The notes: a model not told the origin generated them from the letters alone. A DNA stretch of 32,000 nucleotides from Pirellula staleyi DSM 6068 (GCA_000025185.1 CP001848.1:480001-512000); one strand, 5' to 3'; positions 17,408-28,217 are shown, counted from the first letter of the stretch. Program-made: numbers and translations.

Positions 17408-17480
17408 CGATGTTCGAGGGGATGATTGGCGGAAGTTCGGGCGATTGCCTGATTCTTGAGCGGCTGGTGTGCCGCGCTCG

Positions 17481-17509
17481 TTGACAATGCACCAGGGCGG
17501 ATTTAGCAT
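17481..17509 (+). promoter_or_regulatory. Candidate sigma-70-type promoter for argH (TTGACA-17 nt-TAGCAT)
   Basis: ttgaca is at 17481-17486. A 17-nt spacer separates it from tagcat at 17504-17509, about 130 nt upstream of the argH start. This is a motif match only. Confidence 0.25.
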
Positions 17510-17639
17510 GAAACTCCGGTGGCTGTTTTTCTTCCCTTCCAGGTAGACTTTTTGCCCGTTTGGCCCATGAAACCGTGTGGGCTGATTAGTTTCGTGGCAG
17601 CGGTCTGCTAAATCCTCTCTAGTACAAGCAGGGTCGTCC

Positions 17640-19070
<1,431 letters not shown>

Positions 19071-19102
19071 TTCGTAGCATCGACCGCCAAGAGTAGGCCT
19101 CC

Positions 19103-21460
19103 ATGACCGTCATTATCCCTACCACGACCAACCGGCGATTCGCGGCCCGCGCGCGAAAAGCGCAACTTTTGTCAAAACGCGCGCCTTTTTGCGCTGTTGT
19201 TGCGCTGCTAGTTGCCCTGGCAACCGGTGCGTATGCGCAAGATCCCTTCGACACCCCTTCTGCGGGTGGGGCTCCGATGCCAGGAGCTGGCGACCCCTTT
19301 GGGGCAGGTGGCGGGACTACCAAACCAGCGGGTGAAAAGAAGGCCGACGAATCTCCGATCGACGAGCCGCCAGTCATTCAGCAGCTGCGCGACTCGAAAC
19401 CCGACACCGCCACCAAGCTGCTGGAAGCCGCGCATGCCGTGCTGCTTTACGGCCGCCCCGACGAATCGAAGCGCTACTTGTCCCAGCTGCTCGGCGCCAA
19501 GCTGCCCGAAGCCCAGTTCGCCGAAGCTGCGAAGGAAGTGGGATCGGCTGTTCTGCTGCGACTCGCAAGCGACCCCGCCATTCAGCCCGAGGGGAAGCAA
19601 GCCGCCGATATGGCCTTCGCCGCAGGGGCAAAAGTTGCCGCCGATCCGGCCCTCATTGCCACCATGATTCCGCTGCTGGCGAGCGACAGCCCGGTCGATC
19701 AGCGCCGCGCACTTTCGCAGCTTGCCGACGCCGGCCCCAACGTTGTCGCGCCGCTGCTCAAGTGGCTTGCCGATCCTGCGAAGAAGAACGACGCCAAATA
19801 CATTCGCGCTGCACTCACTCGTCTGGCGACCGACACCGAAGAGCCGCTGCTCGCCGCGCTCCAGCACCCCAACGACTCGGTTCGCGAACAAGTGATCCTG
19901 ACGCTCGGCATGATGAAGTCGCAGCGCGCCGTACCACAACTGGTTGGCATCGTTGGTCGCGACGAAAATCAAACCGACACACAAGCCGCTGCAGCCTGCC
20001 TGCGACGCATCATCGGCAGCTCACCCAGCCGAGCAGAAGCTGCCAAATATTTGCGACAAGAGATCGCCGAGCTCTTCGCCGGAATGTTTCCAATTGCAGC
20101 CGATCCCGATGGCAATGTTCCCCACTGGACCCTCGATGCGAAGACCGGCAACCTGAATGTCGCTCCCCTTCCACGTAGCGATGCCGCTCTACAACTAGCC
20201 ACCATCCTGGCCGACGACTTGGCCGCGATCGACAGCGAGAGCCTGAGCGCGAAGAAGCTGCAGCTGATCACCGCGCTCGAGCAAGCGAAGATCGCCAGCG
20301 GATATCAGCAGGGACTCGATCTGAACCTACCTGCAGTGAAGCAGGCACTCGATGCCGATGTGCTGCTCGTAGAACAGTCGCTCACTGAAGCGATGGCCAT
20401 GAAACGCCCGCTTGCTGCTGTCGCGCTCTGCGAAGTCCTTGGTCAGAAGAACGAAACCGTGCTGCAAGGCTCCGGTGGTTCGAAGCGAGCCCTCGCCGAA
20501 GCACTCACGAGCACCGATCGCCGCGTCCGTCTCGCAGCAACCCTTGCGATTCTCAAAATTCAACCGCAGCAGCGTTTTGCCGGATCGAGCTACTTCATTC
20601 TCGCCCTGCAAGAGCTGCTCGCTACGACCGGCGATCGACGCGTACTGATTGCCCATCCACGAGCAGTGGAAGGTCAGTCGCTCGTCGGTTTCATGAAGGA
20701 ACTATCGTTCGATGCCGAGTCGGCCACAACAGGTAAACGCATTCTCGAATCAGCGGTGCAGAACCCCGATTACGAAATGCTGCTGATTAGTACGTCGATC
20801 GATCAGCCACCAGTGGTCGAGCTTGTACAGTGGTTGCGCCGCGACTATCGCACTGCTGGTCTGCCAATTGGTGTGATGGCACGGAATGAAGAACTCGACG
20901 AACTTCGCGAGCGATTTGCCGATGATAAGCTCGTGCATGTGATGCCGCACATCCTCGAAGTGGGACATGCTTCGTTCGAAATCGACCGGATGATCACACG
21001 GATGGGACGGGCGTATGTCACGCGCGACGAGCGGATGCAACTCGCCCGCACTGCCACCAAAGCACTCGCACCAATGCTCGCCTCGAGCACATTGATCGAC
21101 CGGTTTGAACTCCGTCGACTCGAACAGCCGCTGCTCGAAGCAATCACACGCTCGACACTCAGTCCGCAAGCGATCGATTTGCTTGGTATCCTCGCAACTC
21201 CGAAAGCGCAGCTGTCGCTGGTCGAGTTTGCCAGCGAGCCCTCGCATGCCGCTGAAGCGCGCGACCGGGCCGCCAAAGCGTTTGCAGCAGCTCGCAAGAG
21301 TCGCGGCTTGCTGCTAACCCAAGCACGCATCCTCGAGCAATACGCGATTTACAACGCCAGCGAAACCCAAAGTAAAGAAACTCAGGCGATCCTCGGTAGC
21401 ATTTTGGATGCGATCGAAGATACTCCTGTCACCCCCACCAGCACGACGAGCAGTAAGTAG
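19103..21460 (+). CDS. Secreted HEAT-repeat protein
   Basis: Signal peptide ...FCAVVALLVALATGAYAQD. HEAT/PBS-lyase-like repeats are present (ALSQLADAGPNVVAPLLKWLAD; LLAALQHPNDSVREQVILTLGMMKSQRAVPQLV; ALTSTDRRVRLAATLAILKI). It starts 32 nt after argH. Confidence 0.65.
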   Translation: MTVIIPTTTNRRFAARARKAQLLSKRAPFCAVVALLVALATGAYAQDPFDTPSAGGAPMPGAGDPFGAGGGTTKPAGEKKADESPIDEPPVIQQLRDSKPDTATKLLEAAHAVLLYGRPDESKRYLSQLLGAKLPEAQFAEAAKEVGSAVLLRLASDPAIQPEGKQAADMAFAAGAKVAADPALIATMIPLLASDSPVDQRRALSQLADAGPNVVAPLLKWLADPAKKNDAKYIRAALTRLATDTEEPLLAALQHPNDSVREQVILTLGMMKSQRAVPQLVGIVGRDENQTDTQAAAACLRRIIGSSPSRAEAAKYLRQEIAELFAGMFPIAADPDGNVPHWTLDAKTGNLNVAPLPRSDAALQLATILADDLAAIDSESLSAKKLQLITALEQAKIASGYQQGLDLNLPAVKQALDADVLLVEQSLTEAMAMKRPLAAVALCEVLGQKNETVLQGSGGSKRALAEALTSTDRRVRLAATLAILKIQPQQRFAGSSYFILALQELLATTGDRRVLIAHPRAVEGQSLVGFMKELSFDAESATTGKRILESAVQNPDYEMLLISTSIDQPPVVELVQWLRRDYRTAGLPIGVMARNEELDELRERFADDKLVHVMPHILEVGHASFEIDRMITRMGRAYVTRDERMQLARTATKALAPMLASSTLIDRFELRRLEQPLLEAITRSTLSPQAIDLLGILATPKAQLSLVEFASEPSHAAEARDRAAKAFAAARKSRGLLLTQARILEQYAIYNASETQSKETQAILGSILDAIEDTPVTPTSTTSSK

Positions 21461-21727
21461 TCACCACGAATTTGAGCAACAACGTTTTACCGAGAGATGC
21501 GGCTGTGTGAATGCAGCCACTTATCGACGAGCGCTTCGGGCGGAAGCACTGGTTGTAAGTGGCAAGCATTGCAGAGCCGAGAACTTGCCTGTGGCAGTCC
21601 CAACAGATCCACAGCAAGCCGCTATAAGCCAACCACCACCGTTCGAAACACTCACCCCCATCGCTCGGCGTTTGCCTGAAAGCGCCAGCCCAAGAGCAAA
21701 GGCATCACGGGCCAGCGATCCCCACGC

Positions 21728-22792
21728 ATGTCCACTTTCCGCCCCAACCACAGCGATCATGGCCCGACTATTGCGGGCATCATCGGCGCAAGTCCTGCGA
21801 TGGACGCCGTGTATCGCCTCACGCGCAAAGTGGCCCGCACCAACGCCTCGGTCCTGATCTTAGGCGAAACAGGTAGCGGCAAAGAACTGATCGCCACATC
21901 GATCCACCGACTGAGCAATCGCGCGCAAGGCCCTTTTGTGCGTGTCAACTGCGGCGCACTGAGCGAGAGCCTGCTCGAAAGCGAACTCTTCGGGCATGTG
22001 CGCGGCGCATTCACCGGCGCTGTGAACAACCGGACCGGACGCTTCGAAGCAGCCCACACCGGCACGATCTTTCTCGACGAAATCAACAGCACGTCGCTCC
22101 TCTTGCAAGTGAAGCTGCTGCGTGTGCTTCAAGAACGCGAGTTCGAGCGCGTCGGCGACACCAACACCATTCGCGTCGACACACGTGTCATCGCGGCGAG
22201 CAACCGCAACCTGCGCGACGAAGTCGAAGCGGAACGATTTCGCGAAGACTTGTACTGGCGACTCAATGTCGTGCCGATCGATATTCCGCCACTGCGTCAG
22301 CGTCGCGAAGATATCCCCGCGCTCGTCGCCCACTTTCTGAGCGTCTACAGCGAGGCGAACAACAAGCACGTCGTCCATATTCAGCCCGAAGCGATCGAAG
22401 CCCTGCAAGACTACGACTGGCCCGGAAATGTGCGCGAACTGCAGAACTACGCCGAACGTGCAGTGGCGATGGCCGACGGCGACGAACTCACCCTCGAACT
22501 CCTTCCCGATGCCGTGCTGGGACGCCCCGAACGCCGCGGTGGACGGGCCAAAGGGGGTGGCGACTACGACTCGCAAGTATGCGACGTGGTGAACACCGGT
22601 ATCAGCACCGCACCCAGCGACGAAACCAAGCTCTACGAGCGCGTCGTCAACAAGGTCGAACGGGAACTGATCGTCCAGGTAATGCAGGCTTGCGGCGGCG
22701 TGCAAACCAAGGCTGCCACGAAACTAGGCATCAACCGCAACACCCTCCGCAATAAGCTTCAGGAATACAACCTCGAAGCGAAAGAAGAATAA
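21728..22792 (+). CDS. Sigma-54-dependent transcriptional activator (bEBP) with AAA+ and Fis-type HTH domains only and no N-terminal sensory domain
   Basis: Walker A GETGSGKE, an intact GAFTGA loop ([10 protein letters not shown]), Walker [24 protein letters not shown], and a C-terminal [24 protein letters not shown]. Only about 16 residues precede the AAA+ core, and the ORF track shows no upstream in-frame start. Confidence 0.9.
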   Translation: MSTFRPNHSDHGPTIAGIIGASPAMDAVYRLTRKVARTNASVLILGETGSGKELIATSIHRLSNRAQGPFVRVNCGALSESLLESELFGHVRGAFTGAVNNRTGRFEAAHTGTIFLDEINSTSLLLQVKLLRVLQEREFERVGDTNTIRVDTRVIAASNRNLRDEVEAERFREDLYWRLNVVPIDIPPLRQRREDIPALVAHFLSVYSEANNKHVVHIQPEAIEALQDYDWPGNVRELQNYAERAVAMADGDELTLELLPDAVLGRPERRGGRAKGGGDYDSQVCDVVNTGISTAPSDETKLYERVVNKVERELIVQVMQACGGVQTKAATKLGINRNTLRNKLQEYNLEAKEE

Positions 22793-22963
22793 CCCGCCTC
22801 AATCAGCAATCTGCGGCATTCTATTTCCCACTCGGCTCCTTCACTGCCTAATTCTTCGGTTGCACGCTACAATAGAGCAAGCGGGCTTCAAGGTCCTTCC
22901 CTCCTCCCGCATTACCTTCCCTTAGCCCCTCAGCCCTTTCCAGGGCCCCCGGCCCTTTTTCTC

Positions 22964-23845
22964 ATGCTCTCCGGCATCTCACTCGCCTGCTTTGCCACAA
23001 GCTACCTGATTGTCCTCGCGCTCGAGGTCTCCAGGCTCGTGGTGCGCGTACCGGTGCGCTGGATCGTCATGGTCGGCTTTGCTTCGATCGGGCTCCTCAC
23101 CCACACGATCCACCTCTACAACCGCGCTCAAGAAGGGCTCGCCACCGGCGCACCCCTGTCGAGCTGGTACGACTGGTATGTGCTGGCCAGTTGGATCATG
23201 GCGGCCACTTACGTCGGCCTGGTCACCAGCCGGCCGCAAACCTCCGTCGGCATCTTCATGCTGCCGGTCGTCCTGGCGCTAACCGGTGTCGCGAAGCTCT
23301 ATGAGAAGGCCCCCGCTTTCGATCGGACTGAGGCGATGCATATCTGGGGGATGTTCCACGGACTGATGCTCCTGCTGGGAACCGTCGCTGTTTCGCTCGG
23401 CTTCGTCGCGGGACTGATGTACCTGGTGCAGTCCTATCGACTCAAACTGAAAATCACGCCGCAACCAGGGCTGAAACTGCCGAGCCTCGAGTGGCTCGAA
23501 AAACTCAACAAGCAGTCGCTCCTCTGGTCGAGCGCTTGCATCGCGCTCGGCATGCTCGCCGGGGTGGTGATGAATGCCATCAAGTCGGCAAGTGATGCCA
23601 CAGCGGTTCCTTGGACCGACAGCGTGATCCTCTCGTCGGCGGTGCTGCTGGGGTGGCTCGTCGCTGCGAGTCTGTTTGAATTCACTTACAAGCCGGCCCA
23701 GCAAGGCCGAAAAGTTGCCTACCTCACGGTCGCTAGCTTCGTGTTCCTCGCGCTTGTCTTCTCGATGCTGGTTTGGGGTAATACCAAACATGCAGCACCG
23801 CGCGCAGCGACGTCGCCAGCCACAGCCGCGGAGGGACAACCTTGA
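22964..23845 (+). CDS. Cytochrome c assembly family (CcsA/HemX/YpjD-like) integral membrane protein
   Basis: It has a polytopic hydrophobic profile. The MYLVQSYRLKLK...LPSLEWLEKLN motif resembles the HemX/YpjD-type LQ..rLK....lPpLe..e segment. Its stop overlaps the hemA TTG start (cTTGA at 23842-23845). Confidence 0.55.
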   Translation: MLSGISLACFATSYLIVLALEVSRLVVRVPVRWIVMVGFASIGLLTHTIHLYNRAQEGLATGAPLSSWYDWYVLASWIMAATYVGLVTSRPQTSVGIFMLPVVLALTGVAKLYEKAPAFDRTEAMHIWGMFHGLMLLLGTVAVSLGFVAGLMYLVQSYRLKLKITPQPGLKLPSLEWLEKLNKQSLLWSSACIALGMLAGVVMNAIKSASDATAVPWTDSVILSSAVLLGWLVAASLFEFTYKPAQQGRKVAYLTVASFVFLALVFSMLVWGNTKHAAPRAATSPATAAEGQP

Positions 23846-25116
23846 AACTGCACATGGTGGGGTGTAGTCACCATAGCGCGTCGGTAGAAATCCGCGAGCG
23901 ACTCGCCTTCAGTCGTTCTCAGGCGGAAACTGCGCTCGAACAACTTCGCCGCACCTATCCCGAAACCGAAGCAGTGCTGCTGTCGACCTGCAATCGCGTC
24001 GAGCTCTATCTGGCGGCTGAAACATCCGAGCAATGCCCGTCGCATCACGACCTGGTGACGTTCATTGCCAACTTTCATGGCCTCGATCCTAGCCAAGTCT
24101 TCAACGAACTCTTCGAACATACAGGCGAAGATTTTGTACGCCATCTCTTCACCGTTGCTGCGAGTCTCGACAGCATGGTGGTGGGGGAATCACAAATCCT
24201 TTCGCAAGTGAAGCAAGCCTACGAACTGGCGACCGAAAAAAGTTGCGTCGGCCCTCTCACCAACGCTGCCTTTCAAGCTGCTCTGCGGGTTGCGAAACGG
24301 GTCGCTACCGAAACCGCGATTCAGCAAAAGAGGCTGAGCATTCCGAGCGTCGCTGTGGCCGAACTGGCGAGCCAGATGTTCGAGCGCTTTGACGATAAAC
24401 AGATCGTGGTGATCGGCGCCGGCGAGATGGGTGAAGAGACCCTCCGCTATTTGATCGACGAAGGTGCCAAACAGATTTCGATTTGCAATCGGAGCCTCGC
24501 ACGAGCCGAAGAACTGGCCGCTAAACTGGCTGGCAAGCCTGAACCATGGAACAAGCTCCACGATCTGCTGGCCGATGCGGATCTGGTGGTGAGCGCCACC
24601 GGCGCCACTGAACCGATCATTACGAAAGCCGACTTCAAAGCGATTTCTGCTCTCCGGTTTCAAAAGCCGCTGATGATCCTCGACCTGGCGATCCCGCGCG
24701 ACTTCGATCCTGCGATCAGCAAGTTCTCGGGGGTCTATCTCTATTCCATCGACGACCTAGCGAAGGTTTGCGAAAGCAACCGAGCGCAGCGCCAAGCCGA
24801 GTGGCCCAAAGCGGAACGGATTATCGAGGAAGAGACTGCGCGGTTCATGGCCGACCTGAATCATCGCAGCACCGCGCCGACGATTAAGCGTCTCAAAGCC
24901 CGCGCCGATGATGTCAAACGCGAAGAGCTCGCGCGACTCTTAAACAAACTCGGCGCGCTCGATCCCAGGATTGAAAACGAGATCACCACATCGTTTGAGC
25001 GCCTCGTGAATAAGCTCCTCCATCCGCCGCTAGAATCGCTGCGTGAAGAGACTCGCACCGGAACTCAGTCGGGCTTGCTCGACGCTCTTAAACGGCTCTT
25101 TCAGCTCAAAGATTAA
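23842..25116 (+). CDS. hemA: Glutamyl-tRNA reductase
   Basis: MKLHMVGCSHHSASVEIRERLAF...LSTCNRVELY...GESQILSQVKQAY...VIGAGEMGE...NRS..RAEELA match HemA. The TTG start at 23842 aligns with the canonical N-terminus; ATG 23854 is the alternative. Confidence 0.93.
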   Translation: MKLHMVGCSHHSASVEIRERLAFSRSQAETALEQLRRTYPETEAVLLSTCNRVELYLAAETSEQCPSHHDLVTFIANFHGLDPSQVFNELFEHTGEDFVRHLFTVAASLDSMVVGESQILSQVKQAYELATEKSCVGPLTNAAFQAALRVAKRVATETAIQQKRLSIPSVAVAELASQMFERFDDKQIVVIGAGEMGEETLRYLIDEGAKQISICNRSLARAEELAAKLAGKPEPWNKLHDLLADADLVVSATGATEPIITKADFKAISALRFQKPLMILDLAIPRDFDPAISKFSGVYLYSIDDLAKVCESNRAQRQAEWPKAERIIEEETARFMADLNHRSTAPTIKRLKARADDVKREELARLLNKLGALDPRIENEITTSFERLVNKLLHPPLESLREETRTGTQSGLLDALKRLFQLKD

Positions 25117-25143
25117 GTCGCTTCGCCATTCGAGCAGCGACTT
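25115..25143 (+). terminator. Stem-loop overlapping the hemA stop codon, non-canonical because it is followed by an A-run
   Basis: aagtcgct-N13-agcgactt gives an 8-bp stem, followed by aaaaatc rather than a T-tract. Confidence 0.3.
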
Positions 25144-25332
25144 AAAAATCGGATGCAACTGCGAACCTTGCCCTGCTAGCAAATGACGAGTCTGCGACTC
25201 GCGACCCACTCTTTCAAGCTAGACGCTCGGCTCTATTTGAGGTATCACCAAGCAGACAGCAAGGTGAGAGGTGCGTGGCGGCCTCAGCTTCCTTGCATCA
25301 TTGATGAGCAGCGGCAGCGCAAGGATGTGAGT

Positions 25333-26862
25333 ATGGCGACCAAGTGGCATACCAACTGGAGTGATCGTCGTCGCAGCGCTGCCATGACAACAGCGGCCGC
25401 TTGCTGCCACCAGCTATGGGTGACCCTGGGTGGGGCGATGATCTTTCTCGCGACTCTCAGTAGCGCGTTTGCTGATCCGCCGACACCCTTTGCCGACGAG
25501 AAGCCGACGGGTGAAGAACAGCGACTTGCCTTCGCAGACAACCCCGAACTTGCAAGCCTGCTGCGAAGTGTGCCGCCACTTTCGAACTGGCATCCCGCTT
25601 CGCCCGCAGTTTTTCAATGCCACACGCTGATGTGGGGCGAGAAGCTACCCAAGCTCGACAAGCCGTTTCGTGTGATCGTCGAGCGCGATGGTGACTTCAG
25701 TGGTTTCATGGCCACCACGATGGACGGTTTTCCGGTCACCTATCAATCGCAAGGGATCATCCTGACCAAGCCGCAGAACGGTTCGAAGCTGGCAACGAAC
25801 TCGATCGGTGGCTTTCAGATGCATGCGGAGGTCGGCGAGAAGTATAAGTACCTGCTAAGCATCTCGACGGAAAAACGACCCTGCAGCGTGATGATTAACC
25901 TCCCGAGCATGATCGAAAAACTGCTGAGCGCACCAGTTGAGCGGATCGAATTTCGGCGCAATAACGAGCTGATCATCGAGCGTACTGAAGCGGGCAACAT
26001 GGTGATCCTGCGACTCGAGCTCACTGGCGCGCGAGCTCGCGTTTGTTCGATCGAAATGCTAAGCCCTCCACTCATCGTGGCGACCTATCCTTTGTATATC
26101 CATCGCAATCCTTCTCTTTCGCTACGCGAACTGGGTGCGGCGATGAAAAGCGAGGGATCGATGCATGAAGCTTTGCGCGGGAGTCAGCTCCCCAAGCTCG
26201 ATCATAAAACGATGCTCCAGGTGTTTCCCGAAACGTCGATGATCGAGCTCAGCGGCGACGAACGCAAACTGATGAACGCAATTCACCTTTCGTTCCGGCG
26301 ACAAGGTTTCGCGATGAGCTCGAATGTGACTGATCTGATCCGCTCCAACTGCCAACAACTTCAATCGCAACTGCAAGACAGCGAAGTGCTCGCCTACCTC
26401 GAACTGACGCAAACCGCCTTGAAATCAGGCAAGGAGCGTGCCAAGAGCGATTATCCGACAACATCGCTGGCGGGGGACCCGTATGAAATTCGCTGGAAAC
26501 ATGAAATTGAATTCGGCCCCCAAATCGTTCACGACTGGCACACGGCGCTGCTCTCCCTTTTGGAGAACGAATGCACCCTTCCAGCGACGAAGAAGCTGAT
26601 TTTTACGGAGCTCACTCAGCTGGGCTGGACCGTGATCGACAACACACGCATCCTGCATCTTCGCGATCAAATCTACGCGGACGAAAAACTTTCGGACGAT
26701 CTGCGACGAGCGATTGACTGGGAACTTTGCGAGCTCCGGCGCGAGGCAATGCTCGGCACCTTATCGACGACCAATGGCGCAGCAAACGCCGATGCAGATC
26801 CGCCAGAAACCACGACGGATGAAACCACGAAAACCTGCGACTGCAGGGGGCGGCCCCACTAA
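25333..26862 (+). CDS. Hypothetical secreted protein, paralog A of a tandem pair
   Basis: I placed the start at ATG 25333, preceded by aaggatg, which gives a hydrophobic signal-like segment (LWVTLGGAMIFLATLSSAFADPP). It shares motifs with the next gene. I recognise no family. Confidence 0.6.
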   Translation: MATKWHTNWSDRRRSAAMTTAAACCHQLWVTLGGAMIFLATLSSAFADPPTPFADEKPTGEEQRLAFADNPELASLLRSVPPLSNWHPASPAVFQCHTLMWGEKLPKLDKPFRVIVERDGDFSGFMATTMDGFPVTYQSQGIILTKPQNGSKLATNSIGGFQMHAEVGEKYKYLLSISTEKRPCSVMINLPSMIEKLLSAPVERIEFRRNNELIIERTEAGNMVILRLELTGARARVCSIEMLSPPLIVATYPLYIHRNPSLSLRELGAAMKSEGSMHEALRGSQLPKLDHKTMLQVFPETSMIELSGDERKLMNAIHLSFRRQGFAMSSNVTDLIRSNCQQLQSQLQDSEVLAYLELTQTALKSGKERAKSDYPTTSLAGDPYEIRWKHEIEFGPQIVHDWHTALLSLLENECTLPATKKLIFTELTQLGWTVIDNTRILHLRDQIYADEKLSDDLRRAIDWELCELRREAMLGTLSTTNGAANADADPPETTTDETTKTCDCRGRPH

Positions 26863-28217
26863 TGTCTCTCACTTCCATCGCGAACTGCTGCGTGGCGCTG
26901 CTGCTGGCTAGTGCCGCCGGAGCGCTCGGGCAAGAGATCCCGTCGCCGCCGTTTGTTCTGCCTAGCACCGAGCGTTTGCACGCTGGCGCGCAAGCTGGCA
27001 CTACCGAGTTCGAAGCGCACCTGCTGCTCGTTATGCCTGATAGCACCGAGAACCAGCAAGTGCGTCGCTTAATCGTGCAGCGCAGCGGCGAAAAGACGAT
27101 CGCGATGGTGATGAACGAGTATGGTTTTCCCCTGCAGTACATGACGCACGATTGGCAGCAAGAGCTTGCCGTCTCACGCGAGATGTTGCAAACCACCTAT
27201 CGTGGCGGCGCACTCAATTTTGAAGTCTTGCCCCGCTTCCAAGACGATCGCATGCAACTCGACTACCAGGTCAACCCAATTACCGAACAAGCCGAGTCGA
27301 GCATCTCCATCGACATCCCCAACTTTCTGAAGATGGTGGAGAAGATCCCAGGAGCTCTCGAGAGTGTGGATGCCACCCATCGAATCGGAAAAAAAGAGCG
27401 ACCCAGCGGCACGATTCTCCTGGCCACCGATGCCACTGAAACGCGAAACATCCAAAGCCTTTCTGTGGTCAGCAGACAGGTGCAGTTGCACCTCTATCGG
27501 CTCCGGATCGGGGGCACGCTCGCCATGCACTTTCCCGAGCAAGAGGGTTACGAGCCTGCCTGCTTTGCGACGCGAAAAACGGCCCACGAGATTACGAAAT
27601 CCAATCAACAACACCAGCGTATGCAACTGCTGGCGGTGAATCGGTCGGAATTGACCTTTGCCCAGCTCAGCGATAGCGACGAACTACAGTTTGCTGTGAA
27701 GCGAGAGCCAGCATCACTTCGAAAAACAGAGGCTCGGCAAGAGCTGTTTCGGCTCGTGCGTGCTTGGCGCGAGGACTTTGCCAAACCCGAGCGTTTTGGG
27801 CATCTCGAGAAGATGGTGGCGCTCGTCGAAGAGTCGATCGATCATCCGCTGGATCGCGCAGCAAAAGACGACGCCTCACAAAACACACCGCCCAGCAAGC
27901 TGCTGCTCGACCCGTGGGTTTTGCGGTGGGAGGCTGAAGTTCGCCTCGGACCAGCAGCGGTGACCGACGTCGGCAAGATTTTGGTGCACGAGGCCAAGCT
28001 TGCCGATGCCGCGGTAGAGACCAAACAATTGGCGCTACGGTGCCTCTGCCGAATGGGGTGGAGCTATGGGATGTCGTCCGATATCTACGATCTTTGGAGC
28101 GGCGCGAATCCCACCCTCGCCGAACAGCCTGTCGTTAGCGCCATCGATTGGCGTCTCGTGGATCTCCGTCAAAAGTCGATCCAGAAGCATACCGCAGTGA
28201 TCACCGAGCCGAACTAG
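26862..28217 (+). CDS. Hypothetical secreted protein, paralog B of a tandem pair
   Basis: Signal peptide MSLTSIANCCVALLLASAAGALGQE. Its ATG overlaps the upstream TAA by 1 nt (TAATG at 26860-26864). Motifs shared with paralog A are DPWVLRWEAEVRLGPAAV / DPYEIRWKHEIEFGPQIV, AIDWRLVDLRQK / AIDWELCELRRE and IDIPNFLKMVEKIPGA / INLPSMIEKLLSAP. Confidence 0.6.
   Translation: MSLTSIANCCVALLLASAAGALGQEIPSPPFVLPSTERLHAGAQAGTTEFEAHLLLVMPDSTENQQVRRLIVQRSGEKTIAMVMNEYGFPLQYMTHDWQQELAVSREMLQTTYRGGALNFEVLPRFQDDRMQLDYQVNPITEQAESSISIDIPNFLKMVEKIPGALESVDATHRIGKKERPSGTILLATDATETRNIQSLSVVSRQVQLHLYRLRIGGTLAMHFPEQEGYEPACFATRKTAHEITKSNQQHQRMQLLAVNRSELTFAQLSDSDELQFAVKREPASLRKTEARQELFRLVRAWREDFAKPERFGHLEKMVALVEESIDHPLDRAAKDDASQNTPPSKLLLDPWVLRWEAEVRLGPAAVTDVGKILVHEAKLADAAVETKQLALRCLCRMGWSYGMSSDIYDLWSGANPTLAEQPVVSAIDWRLVDLRQKSIQKHTAVITEPN

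Noticed and set aside
21560-21573. A sigma-54 promoter look-alike, TGGCAAGCATTGCA, upstream of the activator gene. Similar look-alikes are TGGCACTGCTCTGCG at 6671 and TGGCACTGCTGGCTTG at 10565.
   Set aside because: The GG-to-GC spacing is 10 nt (or 11) instead of the strictly required 12 nt, so these are not credible -24/-12 promoters.
21860-22705. A 281-aa minus-strand ORF antisense to the sigma-54 activator
   Set aside because: It is an antisense shadow ORF of a strongly supported AAA+ gene and has no motifs.
22815-22823. A third occurrence of the half-motif GGCATTCTA, upstream of the ccsA-like/hemA pair
   Set aside because: A 9-nt match has a substantial chance of occurring once in 64 kb of two-strand sequence, and no dyad partner is present. 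It is mentioned only as context.
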